A stretch of DNA of 64,000 nt from Lama guanicoe (GCA_013239625.1 MU054323.1:20481082-20545081), one strand, 5' to 3'; shown: positions 33,056-46,431, counted from the stretch's first letter. The notes: generated from the letters alone by a model not told the origin. Program-made: numbers and translations.

Positions 33056-34262
33056 TTATGCTAAGTTTTTGAGGGAAATTAATTGGCAAAAGTCCACACG
33101 CCTGGCCAATATGACTCTAGGATTGCTCAGTTCCTAAAGCAAGTTATGAGTTCCCAAATCTGCACCAGAAGGAAAGAGACTGTGAATGCTATACCCTCAC
33201 CACCCTAGAAGGGTATCTTCTCCAGTGCCCTTTTCAGATGTGGCCCTGGAGGACAACAGGGAGACAAAGAAGGACTGCCAGGAGGCAGAGCCAAAAGCCA
33301 CAGAGAATGTTTTCTGGTGTTGAGAACCAAGTAACATACTCTTCTCTGGAACCGGGAACTTTGAAATCCTTGCCCAGGGGGATCTGCTAATTGCTATGTT
33401 CCTGCTATGTGTTTTCTATTTCCCCCTTTCCAAATAGCAGATTTAATTGTGGTTTTCCTGTTCATACTTCCTATCATATATGTGTATGTGTTGCTGGCTC
33501 ATCAATGGCGACAAATAAATAACTTGTCTTTTGGTTTATATGTCACTGGACCAACATCTGAACTTCATATGAAGATCTGACAATGGCACAGGAGGGCCTG
33601 GATTCTGAGCTGGTTGCAGTGATGGATGGAATGCAGTGATGTGGGTGTGGGACTTGGGAAAGCAGTTAGCATGTTCCATGTGTGAGAAAAGAATGTGCAT
33701 TTATTTGGGGGGGTCAGAGGTGCAGGCTGTGGCAGAGATCGCTAGTGTTTCCCCAGTAGCCATTCTCTTTTCTGCAGTAGTGGTGGAATGTTTAAGTGGA
33801 CACATTGCTGCCCAGCGAAAGACTGTATTTCCTAAGTTCTTCTGTAACTAGGTGCTTTGAGTCTGAGGACAACACCATGAGTGGACACGATGTTGGCAAC
33901 TTCCAGGTTGTGCCCTTCAAAGGGAGTAGACATATCTTCTCCTTTTCCCCTTTCCTTCTGGCTGGTAGGTTGAAGTGCCAGCAAGGGCCAGGGCATCCAA
34001 CTGGGAAAGAGAGCGTGCGTTAAGGATGGCAGAGCAACAGATAGTAGAAGCTATCATATCACCCCTCTACTGCCTTCGTAGACTTTTCATGCAAAAGTCA
34101 AACGTCTACTTGTTAGATACAGTCTTTGGGAATTTCTCTGTTACAGCAGGCTAAATTTTAATTCTAACCAATTCTAAACCAACAAGTTTATCTATTTTTA
34201 AGATGGAAGAGACTAGAGCATGTTGTGTGCTTGTGGAAATAACCCATTAAAAAGGGAAGGCT

Positions 34263-34842
34263 TTACTCAGCCATAAAAAAGAATGAAATAATGTCATTTG
34301 CAGCAACATGGATGGACTTAGAGATGATCATATTGAGTGAAGTATGTCAGACAGAGAAAGACAAATATCATATGATATCACTTATATGTGGAATCTTAAA
34401 AAAGATGGTGCAAATTTTATTTACAAACCAAAAACAGACTCACAGACATAGAAAACAAACTATGGTTACCAAAGGGGAGAGGGCAGGGAGTGATAAATTA
34501 GGAGTTGGGGATTAATAAACACATATTACTGTATATAAAATAGATAAACAACAAGGACCTACTGTATAGCACAGGAAACTATATTCAATTTCTTTTTTTT
34601 TTTTAATGGAGGTGCTGGGGATTGAACCCAGGACCTCATGCATGCTAAACATATGCTCTACCACTGAGCTATACCCACTCACCCCCTATATTCAATTTCT
34701 TGTAATAACATATAATGGAAAAGAATCTGAAAAGAAACAAATATACACACACATACATATATATATATGTATAATTGAATCACCTTGCTGTACACCTGAA
34801 ACTAACCTTATAAATAAACTATACTTCAATAAAAAATTAAAA
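34263..34842 (+). mobile_element. Younger L1 3' end (ORF2 end plus 3' UTR)
   Basis: ORF fragment MSFAATWMDLEMIILSEVCQTEKDKYHMISLICGI is the L1 ORF2p C-terminus; 'aacaaggacctactgtatagcacagg.aactatattcaa' and 'aactatacttcaataaaaaa' form the 3' UTR end. Confidence 0.9.
34595..34685 (-). mobile_element. tRNA-Ala-derived SINE (vic-1 type, short form) inserted in L1
   Basis: Reverse complement 'gggtatagctcagtggtagagcatatgtttagcatgcatgaggtcctgggttcaatccccagcacctccatt(a)n' with a perfect 16-bp TSD CTATATTCAATTTCTT (34579-34594 / 34686-34701). Confidence 0.9.
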
Positions 34843-35149
34843 AGAGAGAGAGAGAGGTTGATGAGAAAAGAGAGTGGGGAGATAACTGAAGGAACAAAGC
34901 CTTTGAGAAGGTGAGAAGGAATGGAATTCAGGGAACAAGAGATTGAATTTTGTTTTTCACTGAAGAAACTGGGGTGCTTCTCCCATTGTGACAGTGCAGA
35001 CGCAGGGAGATTTGGGAATTTAATGGTGGGAAGACGAGGGAGGTTCGATATATTTGCAAGAGAGTAATGCCGTGATTACCCATGGAATCTTGATTTCATT
35101 GGACTCCTCCTCCACATATCGTTTGTTCTCTGACACACTCAGCATTGAT

Positions 35150-35582
35150 CCATGCCTTGCTTATTTTTATTTAGTTATTTGTAATGATGTAATAGGCACC
35201 TGCAAAACCACCACCCAAACAAAAGCCTTGACAGTGACCCACATCTTTCCATATAATTCCTCCTCCCTGTCCCATCCCCTGCCTCCCCCCATCTACAGTA
35301 ACTATCATCCTGAATTCTGTGTACTGCATTCCCTTGATATTCTTTTTATTTAGTTTTTTTGCACCTATGTATATTTCCAAAAATTATATATTGTATGTTC
35401 ATTGTTTTTAATCTCATTAAAATGGCATCATTCTCCATGCAGTTTTTGGGGACTTACATTTTTTGAACCTAGTTTTATATTGCGAAGATTGACTCATACT
35501 GTTTCACGTTGCTGTGGCTCATGTATTTAACCTGCTCTGTGATATTCCATTGCATGAATATCCCACAGTTTATTCATCCACA
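35150..35582 (-). mobile_element. Old L1 (L1ME-like) 3' fragment
   Basis: 'gtaactatcatcctgaattctgtgt..cattcccttg', 'tattccattgcatgaatatcccacagtttattcatcca'. Confidence 0.7.
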
Positions 35583-35584
35583 AA

Positions 35585-36095
35585 TCATGGACTCTGAGCT
35601 GAGAGAGGAAAAAAGAGAAGGCAAGAGGGAGCTGATGGATAGAGAGAAAGTAAAGCAATCAATGGACTGGAGAGTTCTATGAGGCCAGAGAGATGTTGCA
35701 GGGGCACCAGGGCCGGGGAGCAGAAAGGCTTGGAGGTGATGGGTGGGTGGATAGTGGGAAGCGAGAATTTCTGATTTCAGAAGTGAAGAGGCTTTGGGTG
35801 ACCACAAGGTCGTTGGGGATAAATGTGGCAATGGACATGTAGGTGCTGGAAGCCAGAGGTCAGAGTGTGGATACAGGTCATTCTATTTGTGTAGGATAGT
35901 GGTGGGGGAGCAGGGGAGAAAAACACGATGAGGCTGGAACTGGGGTCTTCAGTGGCGGAGGCAGGACATCCGGGAGACTGGGAGAGGAAAGGGATGAGGA
36001 GGGAGGATTGCATGGCTGGAAGCAGGAGTGTCAGTGGTTCAGGACTTTACAAGAGGATGGGAGTAATGGGTTGGAAATGACAATGAGGACTAATA
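35585..36095 (-). mobile_element. L2 fragment (continues pieces at ~34190-34260 and ~34850-35040)
   Basis: Purine-rich L2 ORF2-type sequence, 'gggtgaccacaaggtc..ggggataaatgtggc..gga..tgtaggtg'. Confidence 0.5.
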
Positions 36096-37779
36096 AGCAC
36101 CAACTTCACCTTTTAGCCCTGAGGGGCATAGAATGTGAGAACAAACAGCCTGCACTTGAGAGGGCTGCAGGAGGGGGTGGCTCAGGGCCAGGAGGAGGAA
36201 ACATTCCAAGAAGGGGCTGAAGATACAGGAGAGTGCACTGCTTCTGGTGCGAGAACTCCAGAGTGCATTGTGCAAGAGAAGAGCGGAGCGTGGAGCAGGT
36301 GAGGCACACAGGCGTATCAGGACTCAGCAGGGGCAGGCAAGGGAGCCAGGCTGCTGTGGGAGGGGAAGTGACCCTGGACCGCATGCTGGCCAGCCTTGGC
36401 TGTCTCTCACAAGCTAGGAGTGCCACACGCTCCTTGTAGTGGCGTGCACGTCGGAGGGTCATCGCTCAGCATCTCGTTTCCATGCCACTGTGTCGCCAGC
36501 CCTGTTTGTGCCTCAGAGTTGATGTACCTCTTGGAAAGGGGAACCAGAAAGTCAAAACTCTTCCTTTGGATCTGATGCTTGTGTCAGGGGGAACCATTGT
36601 GGAGAACTGCCTTGGTTAGAGAGGTGGGGCCAGAGGTCTTGCCTTCACCTCTGAGGAGGTACAAGGAGGCAGCCTGAACACCTAATGTACCTTCCTATCG
36701 GTTCAGATGGGCCTGCCGGCTCCCAGAGCCCTGGGCTAGTCCAGTGGCCCCAGGAGAAGTCTTCAGGCCCCAGTCTGAGGGTAGAGACACTGTCTTGGCT
36801 CTTAGGGAGGCCCCTCTGAGGGAGGAGGTTTGGAAGGAAAGAAGAGGGGAAGCCAGCCCCTTGGGAGCCAAGGATGGCTCTAAGAAAGACGTGGGCCTGC
36901 CCGCCGTTGCTCTCACACACAGCCAGCACAGAAAGAAAGGAAGAGCCCAGCCAGCCCAGCCTGTGGGTCTGTGGTCCGAGGCACTGTTTCCTTCTGGATT
37001 GCCCACCTGGGATTAACTCGGTCATTCTTCTTCAGTTATGAAAGCTGGGAATGAGGGCTCTTAAGCCACAAAGTCCTTCGATTATGTTCTGTGCCTCATT
37101 TCCTGCGCTGACCTCGGCTGTGACCCAGCCCAGAAGCCTGGGCCCCACCCCGCTGGTGCTGTCTTTCCCTCCCTCAGGACGGAAGACCTGAGTGGGCGCC
37201 TGGGCACAGAGCACTCCCAGGCGGCAGGAGAAGAGGCAGGTATCAGTGGTCTCTCCTGAGTTCTCCATTACTCAGCTCTCAGGAGCTCTGTGCCCTCAGT
37301 TCCCTGCCTCAGGGACGGACGGGCTATCTGCCCTGCTGGCTGCACCCTCATGAGAGGGGCGCAGCTAACACCCCGGAGGGCAGGGAGGGCCACTGGCTTT
37401 ATATTCCTCCAGGGCTCCAGCACTTAGGTGCCCTGGTCTGACGAAGGAGCTGTGGCCTTCGCTCTAAAGGAGCCCCTGGGCTGATGCAGAGTCTGGTCTA
37501 ACCTCCTACAAAACAGTTGGGAACATGCCCAGTGAGACGGAGTTGGGGAGGAGGAAGAAATGAAAGAAGTTCTCAGGTCAGGGAGAGCGGATCTGGCTCT
37601 GTGAAGTGTTTTGTCACACTCTCGGCAAAGGGGAGGCTGGTCACAGGGAGGATTTTTCTGGGTTTGGATGGAGGTATACATAGTCGGAGAACAAATTCGG
37701 TCCTGGATATGAGAGAGAAGATTTCCAGCCTACAGCAGTGGGTACTGAGAGAAGGTCCCAAGACTTGGCTGATAACAGA

Positions 37780-38705
37780 GACCCCAAATAAGGGTGTCTC
37801 AGACAAGAGCTGTGTTTATTTTCTCCTGTGTAAACAAGAGGCATAAACAGTTTGAGACAAAAATGGCCTCAGGGAACTCAGGCCTCCTCTAAGTAACTTG
37901 CTACTGTGCCATCCCTATGGTCCTGTTCCCACCCATCGGATCCAGAGTGGTTCACCGACCCATAGGCTTCCAGACTGTGCGAAGTCGGGGAAAGAGGGTC
38001 AAGAGGCGCTGCTTCCCGTCTGGAAGTTGCACACCTGGCTTTGCTCCCCCATCCCATTGTCCAGAACTCTTAGCCACCTGCCGGTCCTTAGCTGCAAGGG
38101 AATCTGGGAAATGTAGTTTTTACTCCAGGCAGCCATGTATCCAGTAAGCACCTTTTGTTCTTTTAGAGAAAAGGGAATATTGTTACTGGGGGACAACTGC
38201 CTCATGAGAACCCAAGGGTACAGCAAGGAGGTTCTTGCATATTGTATGTGTCTGTCCAATACCTCAGTTTCACAGAATTGGGAAAGTGGTGCAGTCTGGG
38301 AAAACCATACTAACACATCCCTCTGGCCACAGTAATTGGTCCAGAACTGAGCATACAACTCGAGGCCAGCCAATCGGAATTCTTCCACAGAACTTTTCCT
38401 GTAACGGAGTCTGGTAGTAGATGGTGCAATTTCATTTCTGGTCCAGAAACAATGAGAAGGTAACCCCGAACTGACGGTGGTCATTTTCCCTGCCAAAGTT
38501 GGGCAAAGCCTGTCTGCAGAAGAAAGAATGCCACCAGCCTCTGAGAGTTGCAGAGAGAAGGGAGTCCCAGCAGGGTGAGCAGGCCTTACTCCAGGCCTCT
38601 CTGGGGCCTGCCTGCTCTGTCCTTGTCCTGATTGAACCAGAAACCCCCTTTTAGCTGATTCAAGTTGAGTTTTGGCCATTTGCAACCTGGAGTCTTGACT
38701 TACAC
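37780..38705. mobile_element. Two adjacent old MaLR LTR fragments (MLT1J/K-like)
   Basis: 'tagccacctgccggtccttagctgcaagggaatctgggaaatgtagttttta' (minus-strand MLT1J-like), then 'ctctggccacagtaattggtcca..gagcat..actcgaggccagccaatc...agttgagttttggccatttgcaacctggagtcttgact' (plus strand). Confidence 0.6.
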
Positions 38706-41700
38706 AGTACTGAAAGTGATGTTTTTGTTTTTGTTTTTTTCTGGGGAGTGGGGGTGGCAGGAGGGACAAAGCTAACATGAAAACCTGGACGAAATGAATG
38801 TGGGCTCCAGCGAAGTTGCATCTTTCTGCTGCACATTTGCTCTGAGGCATCTTAAAGTTCTTACAAAGCACCTCACAGTAGAGGCTGCTGGGTTTCTTTG
38901 CATTTTTCCAGTCAGTCCTGTTTCCTGCAAGGCAGCCCTCCGCACAGGCCTGCCATAGCTGGCCCAGCCGTGAGGAAGGGGCCTGAGGAGGGGCCACCCT
39001 CACAAAGGGCTCATTCTCGGCTGGTCCAGGGCTGTTATCAGCCAAACCTAAATTCTGAATCACCTGCATCTGTGGGCAGCCTTGTAGGTGGTGCCGCTTA
39101 ATTCCCCTCTGGGCTTCCCTGTGTCAGGACCTGTGAGTGGGGGCGGGCTTTCAATAAAGGTTCATTGTTTTCTGTCCCCTCACGCTATCAAGGTTCTGTC
39201 CAAGGCCTTCCTGAGCCCCTTTCCCTCCTCTCTTCACTCACCCCCTTCCCTCACTCCCATCCCTCTGGGCACCATCCCATCCACACTCCGCCTTGTATAC
39301 TGGCAGAAAGCCCTTGGAATGAGGCTGGAATTCGAGAACATCTTGTATTTCCAAACTTGTGACTCCCCTACTTCCCTGGGGCCACCCTTGTCCCCTCCAT
39401 CAGCTACAACTGCAACCAAGCTGTCCCGGGCCTGGGGTGTCACCTGGTGGCCAGCGTTGGAACTGGCCGGCTCCCAGCCTCCTTTCGTTTCTTTCGGGGT
39501 TGGGATCACATTTGTCGCGTCATCTCCCTTTTCTCTCTGTTTTCTTGGTGTTATTGTTTTACCACGATTGGTTTAGTTAAGCTGATTCTTCCGCAGGCCA
39601 TCTTTAGAACCCAAATTACACATCCTTGAATCTACTTCATCTCCTTTCTAGCAATTCTACCCCAATTTCCTTTCCCCGGTTTATTCTCTCAAACCAAACA
39701 ATCCTGGCTGAGTGAGTGTCAGGAAAAAGGCAGACTGAACGTCAGAGAGATTCTTCAGAATGATGAAGAGTAAAAGCTCTCAGGCTCTAAAGCCCTTGAA
39801 AAGCACCTCGGTGTTTCCTTCAGAGCGTCCCACCCACCTCCTCAGACTCTTGTTAAGAAACCTGCCTTCCCTCAAGCACCAGCTTTCAAGAAAAAGTGAA
39901 CAGACTTTTCTAGATCCGCATTGTTATTTTTCCATTTCTACCTACAGGTCTTGCAACAGTAGGCTTTTCTTTTTCCCCCGTGTGGGTGTGTGGCAGCCCA
40001 GCCTTGTGATGCATTAAATGAGCACTTATGGCTCAACCTCGAAAACTGAGCCCCTTTCATAATGCTGAGTCCTCGATTTTTCTTCTGGCTCATTGTCTGG
40101 AACCCTAATCCACTTCCCAGAAACAAAGTTTTGAAATATAACTCATTGGTAAGCTGGAACTGCCTGACTGCAGACATTTAAGATAAGGAGATAATTTTTG
40201 GGACAAGATAGGGGCTACCCATTGTTATTTGAAACAGGGTAATGTAGAAGAGCCATCTGATTTCCCAAGAAATGGAAATCTTGACCCCTGCCAAAAGCCT
40301 TGAGGCTTGCAGAATGGGGTGGGGGGCAGTGGGCTAAGGCTGGGGGGAGGGCGTGTAGAGTGAAGAACCAAGTGATGCTGTGGACCCAAGGACCAGCCAG
40401 AGAGGATACGAGAAGGGCTGAGCTGAGTGGAGGGGCCTGGGGAGAAATCTTATGGCCAAGGGCTGGGGAGACAGACCCAACTAACATTTATTAAGCACTT
40501 TCCACGTGTCAGGAAGGGCCGCGTGGCAAAGCATGAGGGTCCCCCAAGCAAGCTGATCATTTTATGTCTCATCAAACTGGTATTCTTTTATATCAGTTCA
40601 AATTTAATATAGTGCAACTGATCTCTGCTTGGAGAAAGAGAGGAGTGGGCAGAGGAGAGGATCCCTGCTGGCAACACTCCCTCTCCTCTGAGCAGTTCAG
40701 TTCTGACCTCAAACCTGCATGCTGCAATTGGACAGACGAAAACCATAGAGACCTTGCCCTTCCCTCCTTAGGAAACAGCTTAGAGACCAACTACTGTTAT
40801 TCTGGCTTGCTCTTTTGCGGTCCCCCCACCACCCCATTGCAAGTAGCTTATTAAAGCATAATATCCAACTGACCCTTAAACAAGTTCCAGACACAGTTTT
40901 TTTAATCTCATATTTCCAGTGATTTCTGAGGACCTTGTAAGGATGGCACCCTAGCCGGCTGCCTGGCTGGCTCACCCTTTAAACTGGCTCTGGTGCTGGG
41001 AGAATGCTCTCACCCTGCCACAAAGTAGCCTGATCTCCATACTACCTGGTGAAACTGAGGCTGAAGGCAGTTAGGTTAGGTGCCTGAGAGCTGGTGAGTC
41101 AGTCCCACCTTTGAGCTGAGATCTGCATTCAGTTTTATTCATCTTATTCCAAAGCCCAGCTCTTCTCACTTCCTCCCCATCCTCCCAAGAGAAAATGCAA
41201 AGAAAAAGTCACTGAGAGCAGGAGGGTGGTTCCTACCAGAAGGTACAGGAAGTGGAGGTTTGAACAAGCAGGGTCAGAAACCCAGGGGTGGCAGGTTGGG
41301 TGAAGGGAGTTGGGTGGGGCCCACTTGGGCTCCCGGAGTGTAGGAAGGTGGAGGCGCCTTGTCCTGGAGGGGTGGGGGGGCGTGTGATGCTGCCAGGCCG
41401 GGGCCCTCGTCTACATGCAGCCACACTAGCAGTGCCCCTGGAAAGGGTGGGCCTGGTGTCTGGCAAAAAGAGGCTAAGGCCCATGGGGAATCTTGGCAGA
41501 AGAAATCTTTCCCTCAGCCCTAGATTGGAGGCTGCAGAAAGTCCTTTGGATAAATACTTTGGAAAGTCCTTTGGACAAGGTCGGGGCAGGATGCTGAGGG
41601 CCCGGGCGCTGGCTCGGATTGGTCCCCTTTCTCGCTTCATCTTCCTTCCCTCCAAATCCCCAGTCCAGGCCGGCTCAGCTCTAGAACCAAGGAGGTCCTG

Positions 41701-42327
41701 GCAGCCTGTTCCTCACATCTCCAGCAGAGGGCTTCAAAGCAGAGCTCTGGAAGGTTGAGGAGGGAGGGCCTCTGCCTCCCTCCCTGCAGGGAGGTGCCAG
41801 GAGCACTGGATAGTCTGCTCTGTTCATGGGGGTGACCAGCCATCCATTTGTACAGGTGCTCTTTACTCGTACACAGGGGTGTCTGTGTCTGTGTGCACCC
41901 ATGTGGGTGTGCCAGTGTGTGCAGTAGGTGTGTCTGTGTGCATGTGTGGGCGTGTGCATATGTGTTGGATGGTGTCTGTCTGTGCACGTGTGCTTGTTCA
42001 TTTCTCCTTTGCACGCGCCAGCACTGCTTGCGGCCCTGTGTTTATCTACGGGCATGCGGTGCCTGGCTGATCTGTGCCTAGGTATCTATGCTTGGCTTTG
42101 TAAGGAGAGAGGGGAAAAATAAGTGACGGGTTGTGCTGTGAAATCCCAACGTTGGGGACAGGGGCTCGGGGCCCTCTGTCCCCTCTGTACCATCCCACGT
42201 CCACACAAACTGACCCTGTTGGGCCATCTCCTGCCCACACTCAGCACAGCCCCTGAGTTTGTTAAAATCCCATTTACAGCAGGTGGAGCTGACATCTGGT
42301 TCCCAGGAAGTGAGTACTTCCAGAGCC

Positions 42328-42358
<31 letters not shown>

Positions 42359-42400
42359 TGTGTTTGTGTGTGTGTGTATGTGTGTCTGTCTGTCTGTCTG
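42328..42400. repeat. (TG)n microsatellite, imperfect, grading into (TCTG)n
   Basis: Seen directly. Confidence 0.95.
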
Positions 42401-42796
42401 TTCTGGTTCCCTTATTTGCAGCTTGAAAATGTCATTCTCCTTGTTGGGAGTGGAGAGCAGAACCCCAGAGAATAGGGGGAAAGATGAGGGCTGCAGGGGA
42501 GGAACCACAGGCCCATGGCTGGTTCATCTGCGGGTAAAGGAAGGCTGTGGCCATGGGAACAAGATCTTGGCCCAGGAGTCTGGGGTCCTGGACAGGGCTC
42601 AGCTCTGCTATCTGCTGGAGACCTTGGCTGGCGGGAGGCAGCCCCTCCTGGTGTTCTCCTGGTGGCCTGTGCAGGTGCCTGGCCAGGGCCGCTCAGGGAG
42701 GACAAATGGGATACTCCCCTCACCCTGTGTCATGTTGAAGAGACGCTTGTCAAAAGGAGTGGGGCAGAGCCCGGCACCCAGCACGCGATGGGATGG

Positions 42797-43255
42797 TGTA
42801 TTTGTTTCCTGTCACTGCTGTAACAGAGCACCACAAACTTAGTGGTTTTATACAACACCAGTTTATTTCACAGTACTGGAGGTCAGAAGTCCAAAATCAG
42901 CCTCACCAGCCTAAAGTCAAGGTATTGGCAGGGCTGTGTTCCTTCTGGAGGCTCTAGGAGAAATTCATCTCCTTGCCTTTTCCAGGTTCTAGAAACTGCC
43001 TGCACTCCTTGGTTTGTGGCCCCTTCCTCCATCACACTGTCACGTCACCTTTCTATTGCTTTGACTTTCTTGCCTCCCTCTTGTGAGGACTCTCGTGATG
43101 ACGTTAGACCCTCCCAGTTATTGCGGAACAATCTCCTCATCACAGGAGCCTTAACATCATCACATCTGCAAAGACTTTTTGCCTGTGAGATAACATTGTC
43201 ACAGGTTCCGGGGATTAGAATGTGGACATCTTGGGAGCTATTATTCTGTCTGTTA
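42797..43255 (-). mobile_element. MaLR solo LTR (MLT1C-like)
   Basis: 'tgtatttgtttcctgtcactgctgtaacagagcaccacaaacttagtgg...ggtcagaagtccaaaatcag...cacaggttccggggattagaatgtggacatctt'. Confidence 0.85.
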
Positions 43256-44147
43256 AGTAGGGCAATCACAGACAAGCTGGCATAAGGGGGTGACATTCTT
43301 GATCCTCCTGCAGTCCCGCTGAGGGACCCATTGGAACCGTCACCCTTGCCAAGGAGCTATCTTCTCCTGACATCTTGTCTGCGGGGTTGAGCGCCAGGAA
43401 CCAGGGTGCGCTGGCTGGGTGAAGGACCTTTGCTTTCTGCCTGCTCTCCCAGCAGCCCCTGGCCAGGCAACAGCTATGACCTCAGCTCAGACTGACCCCT
43501 CAATTCCCAGAGTCCCCCTTCACCCTCTCCCAGCCTGCTCCAGATCCAGCCTCCCAGAGCACTCCTCACTGACTCGGTTCCTTCCCTGTCATGGCCCCAC
43601 TCCCGGCCTCAGAGGCACCGTGGGCTGCAGCCTGCCAGCGCGGGCCCACCTGCCACCCAGCCCTCTCCACACGTGTGAAAACCACATGCATGGGGCTCTC
43701 TCTGGCTGCCCACAGAAAAACCTCACTGCAAGACCCAGAGACAAAGAGTGAGGACACGCACAACCGTGCAGGCCAGTGCTGGGGGGTCCACGGGGACGAT
43801 GGGCCTCCCGGATGCTTTACTAGGCCAAATTCCCCAGCACAGTCAGCACCACATCTGGCATTAAGCTGGAAATTCCAACTGCTCTCCACTGCTAAAAAAT
43901 GTGTCAAATCTTCCCAGAGACTTTGTGGAAGTGGGAAGCATGGTGGGGACAGCGGTGGGGGTGAGTGCTCACTCCACAGGCCCCGAGAGCTTTGGGGAAA
44001 TCCAGATGTCACAGTGTGTCCACAGTCCTCCGGCTGACGGCTTCCCCGGCTTCCCTCCGCTGCGCTCCCTGCTCCGTGAAAATTAAAGACGCCTGGAGCA
44101 GGAGGGGTACCTTGCTTCCCCCTAGGACCCACGAGTCTGGCCATGGT

Positions 44148-44171
<24 letters not shown>
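44148..44171. repeat. (TG)n microsatellite, followed by a T-rich tract
   Basis: Seen directly. Confidence 0.9.
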
Positions 44172-44178
<7 letters not shown>

Positions 44179-44489
44179 GACTTTTTTTCTTCCTTTTTTT
44201 TTTTTTTGACAGGGATTGAGCTATTTTCTCCTTGAGAGAAAAATGTTGACATGCCTTTGGTGGATCGTCTGCCCAGAAATTTCCAATGCAGGAAGGTGTG
44301 CGCTTCTATTTTCTCTAACACACACGCACACGTGTACACCTCTCAGAGCCCCAGATCTCACCAACCCTTCAGGGCCTCCCCTGTACTTCTAGCCCAGCCC
44401 CAAGCAGCGTGGGACAGGGATTCCACAGAGCAGGGCCTGTGGGTCCAGAACAGTCTCGACCGCTTGCTAGTTCTCCATCTCTAGGCAAG

Positions 44490-44939
44490 TGGAAGAGATT
44501 CTTGTTACGGCTGTGAAAAATCACCACAAGCTGAGTGGCTTAAAACAGTACAGATTTCTTCTCTTACAATTCTGGAAGTCAGAAGTCCAAAATCAGCCTC
44601 ACTGGGCTGGTTCCTCCTGGAAGATCCAGGAGAGAATGTGTTTCCTTGCCTTTTTCAGCTTCTAGTGGCTGCCTGTATTCCTTGGCTTGTGGCCCCTCCA
44701 TCCACCTTCAAAGAGCATCACTCTCATCTCAGCTCTGTCATTGCATCACCTTGTCCTCTAATTCTGACCCTCTGCATCCTCTTGTAAGGATGCTCATGAT
44801 TACATTGGGCCCACCTGGATAGTCCCCAGCCTAAGAGGGATTTAATCACATCTGCAATGTTCCTTTTGCCACGTAAGAACATTCACAGGTTCTGGGGATT
44901 ACTGGAACATAGTGGAGGCCATTAATGCAGTCTTCCACA
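44490..44939 (-). mobile_element. MaLR solo LTR (MLT1C-like) inserted in a MIR fragment
   Basis: MLT1C-like body ('caccacaagctgagtggcttaaaaca..agatttcttctcttacaattctggaagtcagaagtccaaaatcag') with 5-bp TSD GCAAG (44485-44489 / 44940-44944). Confidence 0.85.
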
Positions 44940-46431
44940 GCAAGTGTCCCTTTCTGTTCCTCACCTGTAGCTCCAGAGGGTCAGTCTCCACAGGCCTCTT
45001 GCAGCTCTGATGCTAAAATGCTAAGTCTCTGCCTCACTGGCCCTCCGATGAAATAGGCCTCGCCCCTCTCCTCTCTACACATCGCTGAGTCTCTGGGACT
45101 CATATGGTCTCTTCTGTTTGTTGGAGGGGATCCCTGCCTCCTCTGCATCCAGCACCAGGAGTCTGACACCCCAGTCTGGGGCCTTCACCCCTCAGCCTAT
45201 ACCTGAGGGGCATTCTCAACCGGTGAAGAATTCATTCCAGCCCCAACTTAGTTTAGGATCTGAATTTTGCCTTTTTCCAAGGTGGGTTTCTCAACTGCCC
45301 TTCTGTGTGCCATGGGGGTAAGAATCCTGGACCTGATTCAGGGGTGTTGGGTGGGTATCCAAGATGTTTGAATGAGAGCAGCAGGGATGTGGGTACTCAT
45401 TCCCAGCAGTGGTCCTCACTGGCTCATCCTCCCAGAGCTCAGGCCACTCAGTCACAGCGTGACCTTAAAACTCCCTCACCAGGGAGAATCAGAGAGGGAT
45501 GACACTGACCCAGCCTGGGCAGTCCCGTGGGACCCAGTCGGACAGGTTCGTGTCCTCGGAGGCCTCCCGAGTGAAGTGCCTCTTTGAGCCAGACCTTCCT
45601 TCCTCCTTCCCTTTCTTTCTTCCTTTCCCTCCCTCCCTTCCTGTCTGGCACAGTGCTGGTTCTATGTCAGGCACAGGATACAGAGCTGGAAGGGTCAGTC
45701 CCTCAGCCTGTGAGAAGCCACTGGGGAGACAGCCACGTAAATATCCCCTCCCCAGCAGTGTGCCGGGCGCTGGTCCCCAGAGTTCCCAATGTGGGAGACA
45801 AATGAGACTGCCCAAGGTGTCAGGAGGGCCTCCTGGGGCTGGTGATGCTGCATTTTACACCCCCAAACACACTAAAACACCAAGTCCACCTGCACATACT
45901 GTGTCAGGAGAGGCAGCCATGCTTCAGCTCATGGTCTTCCCGCTGCTTGATATTTTTCCACCCTCCTTTCCTGGATAGCTCTGACTCAGGTGCCACCTCC
46001 TCCAGGAAGTCTTCCCTGAAGTCTGGGGAGGTTAGATCCCCTCCTTGATGCTCCCATCACCCCACAGAGAGGCTCATCATGTCCAAGTGAGGAACTGACT
46101 ATCCTGCAGTCAAGAGAAAGCTACGGCCTTAGAGGGGCCTAGAGTGGGAGGGGGCAGTTCTGGTGAGATGGCACTGGCTCCACTGAGCCTGCTTTTTAAG
46201 AGCTGAAGGGCCCCTACAGATCACCCAGTCCATCCTCTTTTCTGGGTGGTGGCGCTGGGACCAGAAACTCCCCTTCTGATTTCAGCCCTCTGCTCTTTCC
46301 GTGACCCATTCTGTCTGGGTGCCATGTCCTGACCACCTCGGTGTCCACAAGTGCTTGGAGAACTGACATGAGGGGAGTGTGTACGGGGCCTGAGCCCACC
46401 AGAGACAAGGGTCCGGAAGGCATACTGTAGG

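Larger units (their letters stand above)
29655..34180 (+). mobile_element. Near-complete old MaLR element (LTR-int-LTR) carrying nested insertions
   Basis: 5' LTR from 'tgtggcagagact' (29655) to ~30387. Internal region opens 'ggatttgataacaagaagtggaatgctg' (MLT-int start pattern), breaks at an L1 (31135-33055) and resumes to ~33725. 3' LTR runs from 'tgtggcagagatc' (33728) to ~34180. Confidence 0.65.

Noticed and set aside
37999..39069. Longest ORF (356 aa, minus strand)
   Set aside because: Runs across two MaLR LTR fragments and a simple tract, with no recognisable domain; most likely a chance open frame.
42123..44339. 239-aa and 257-aa ORFs
   Set aside because: Held open by (TG)n/(CA)n microsatellites and poly(A/T) tracts (VCVCVC, HTHTHT, KKKK).
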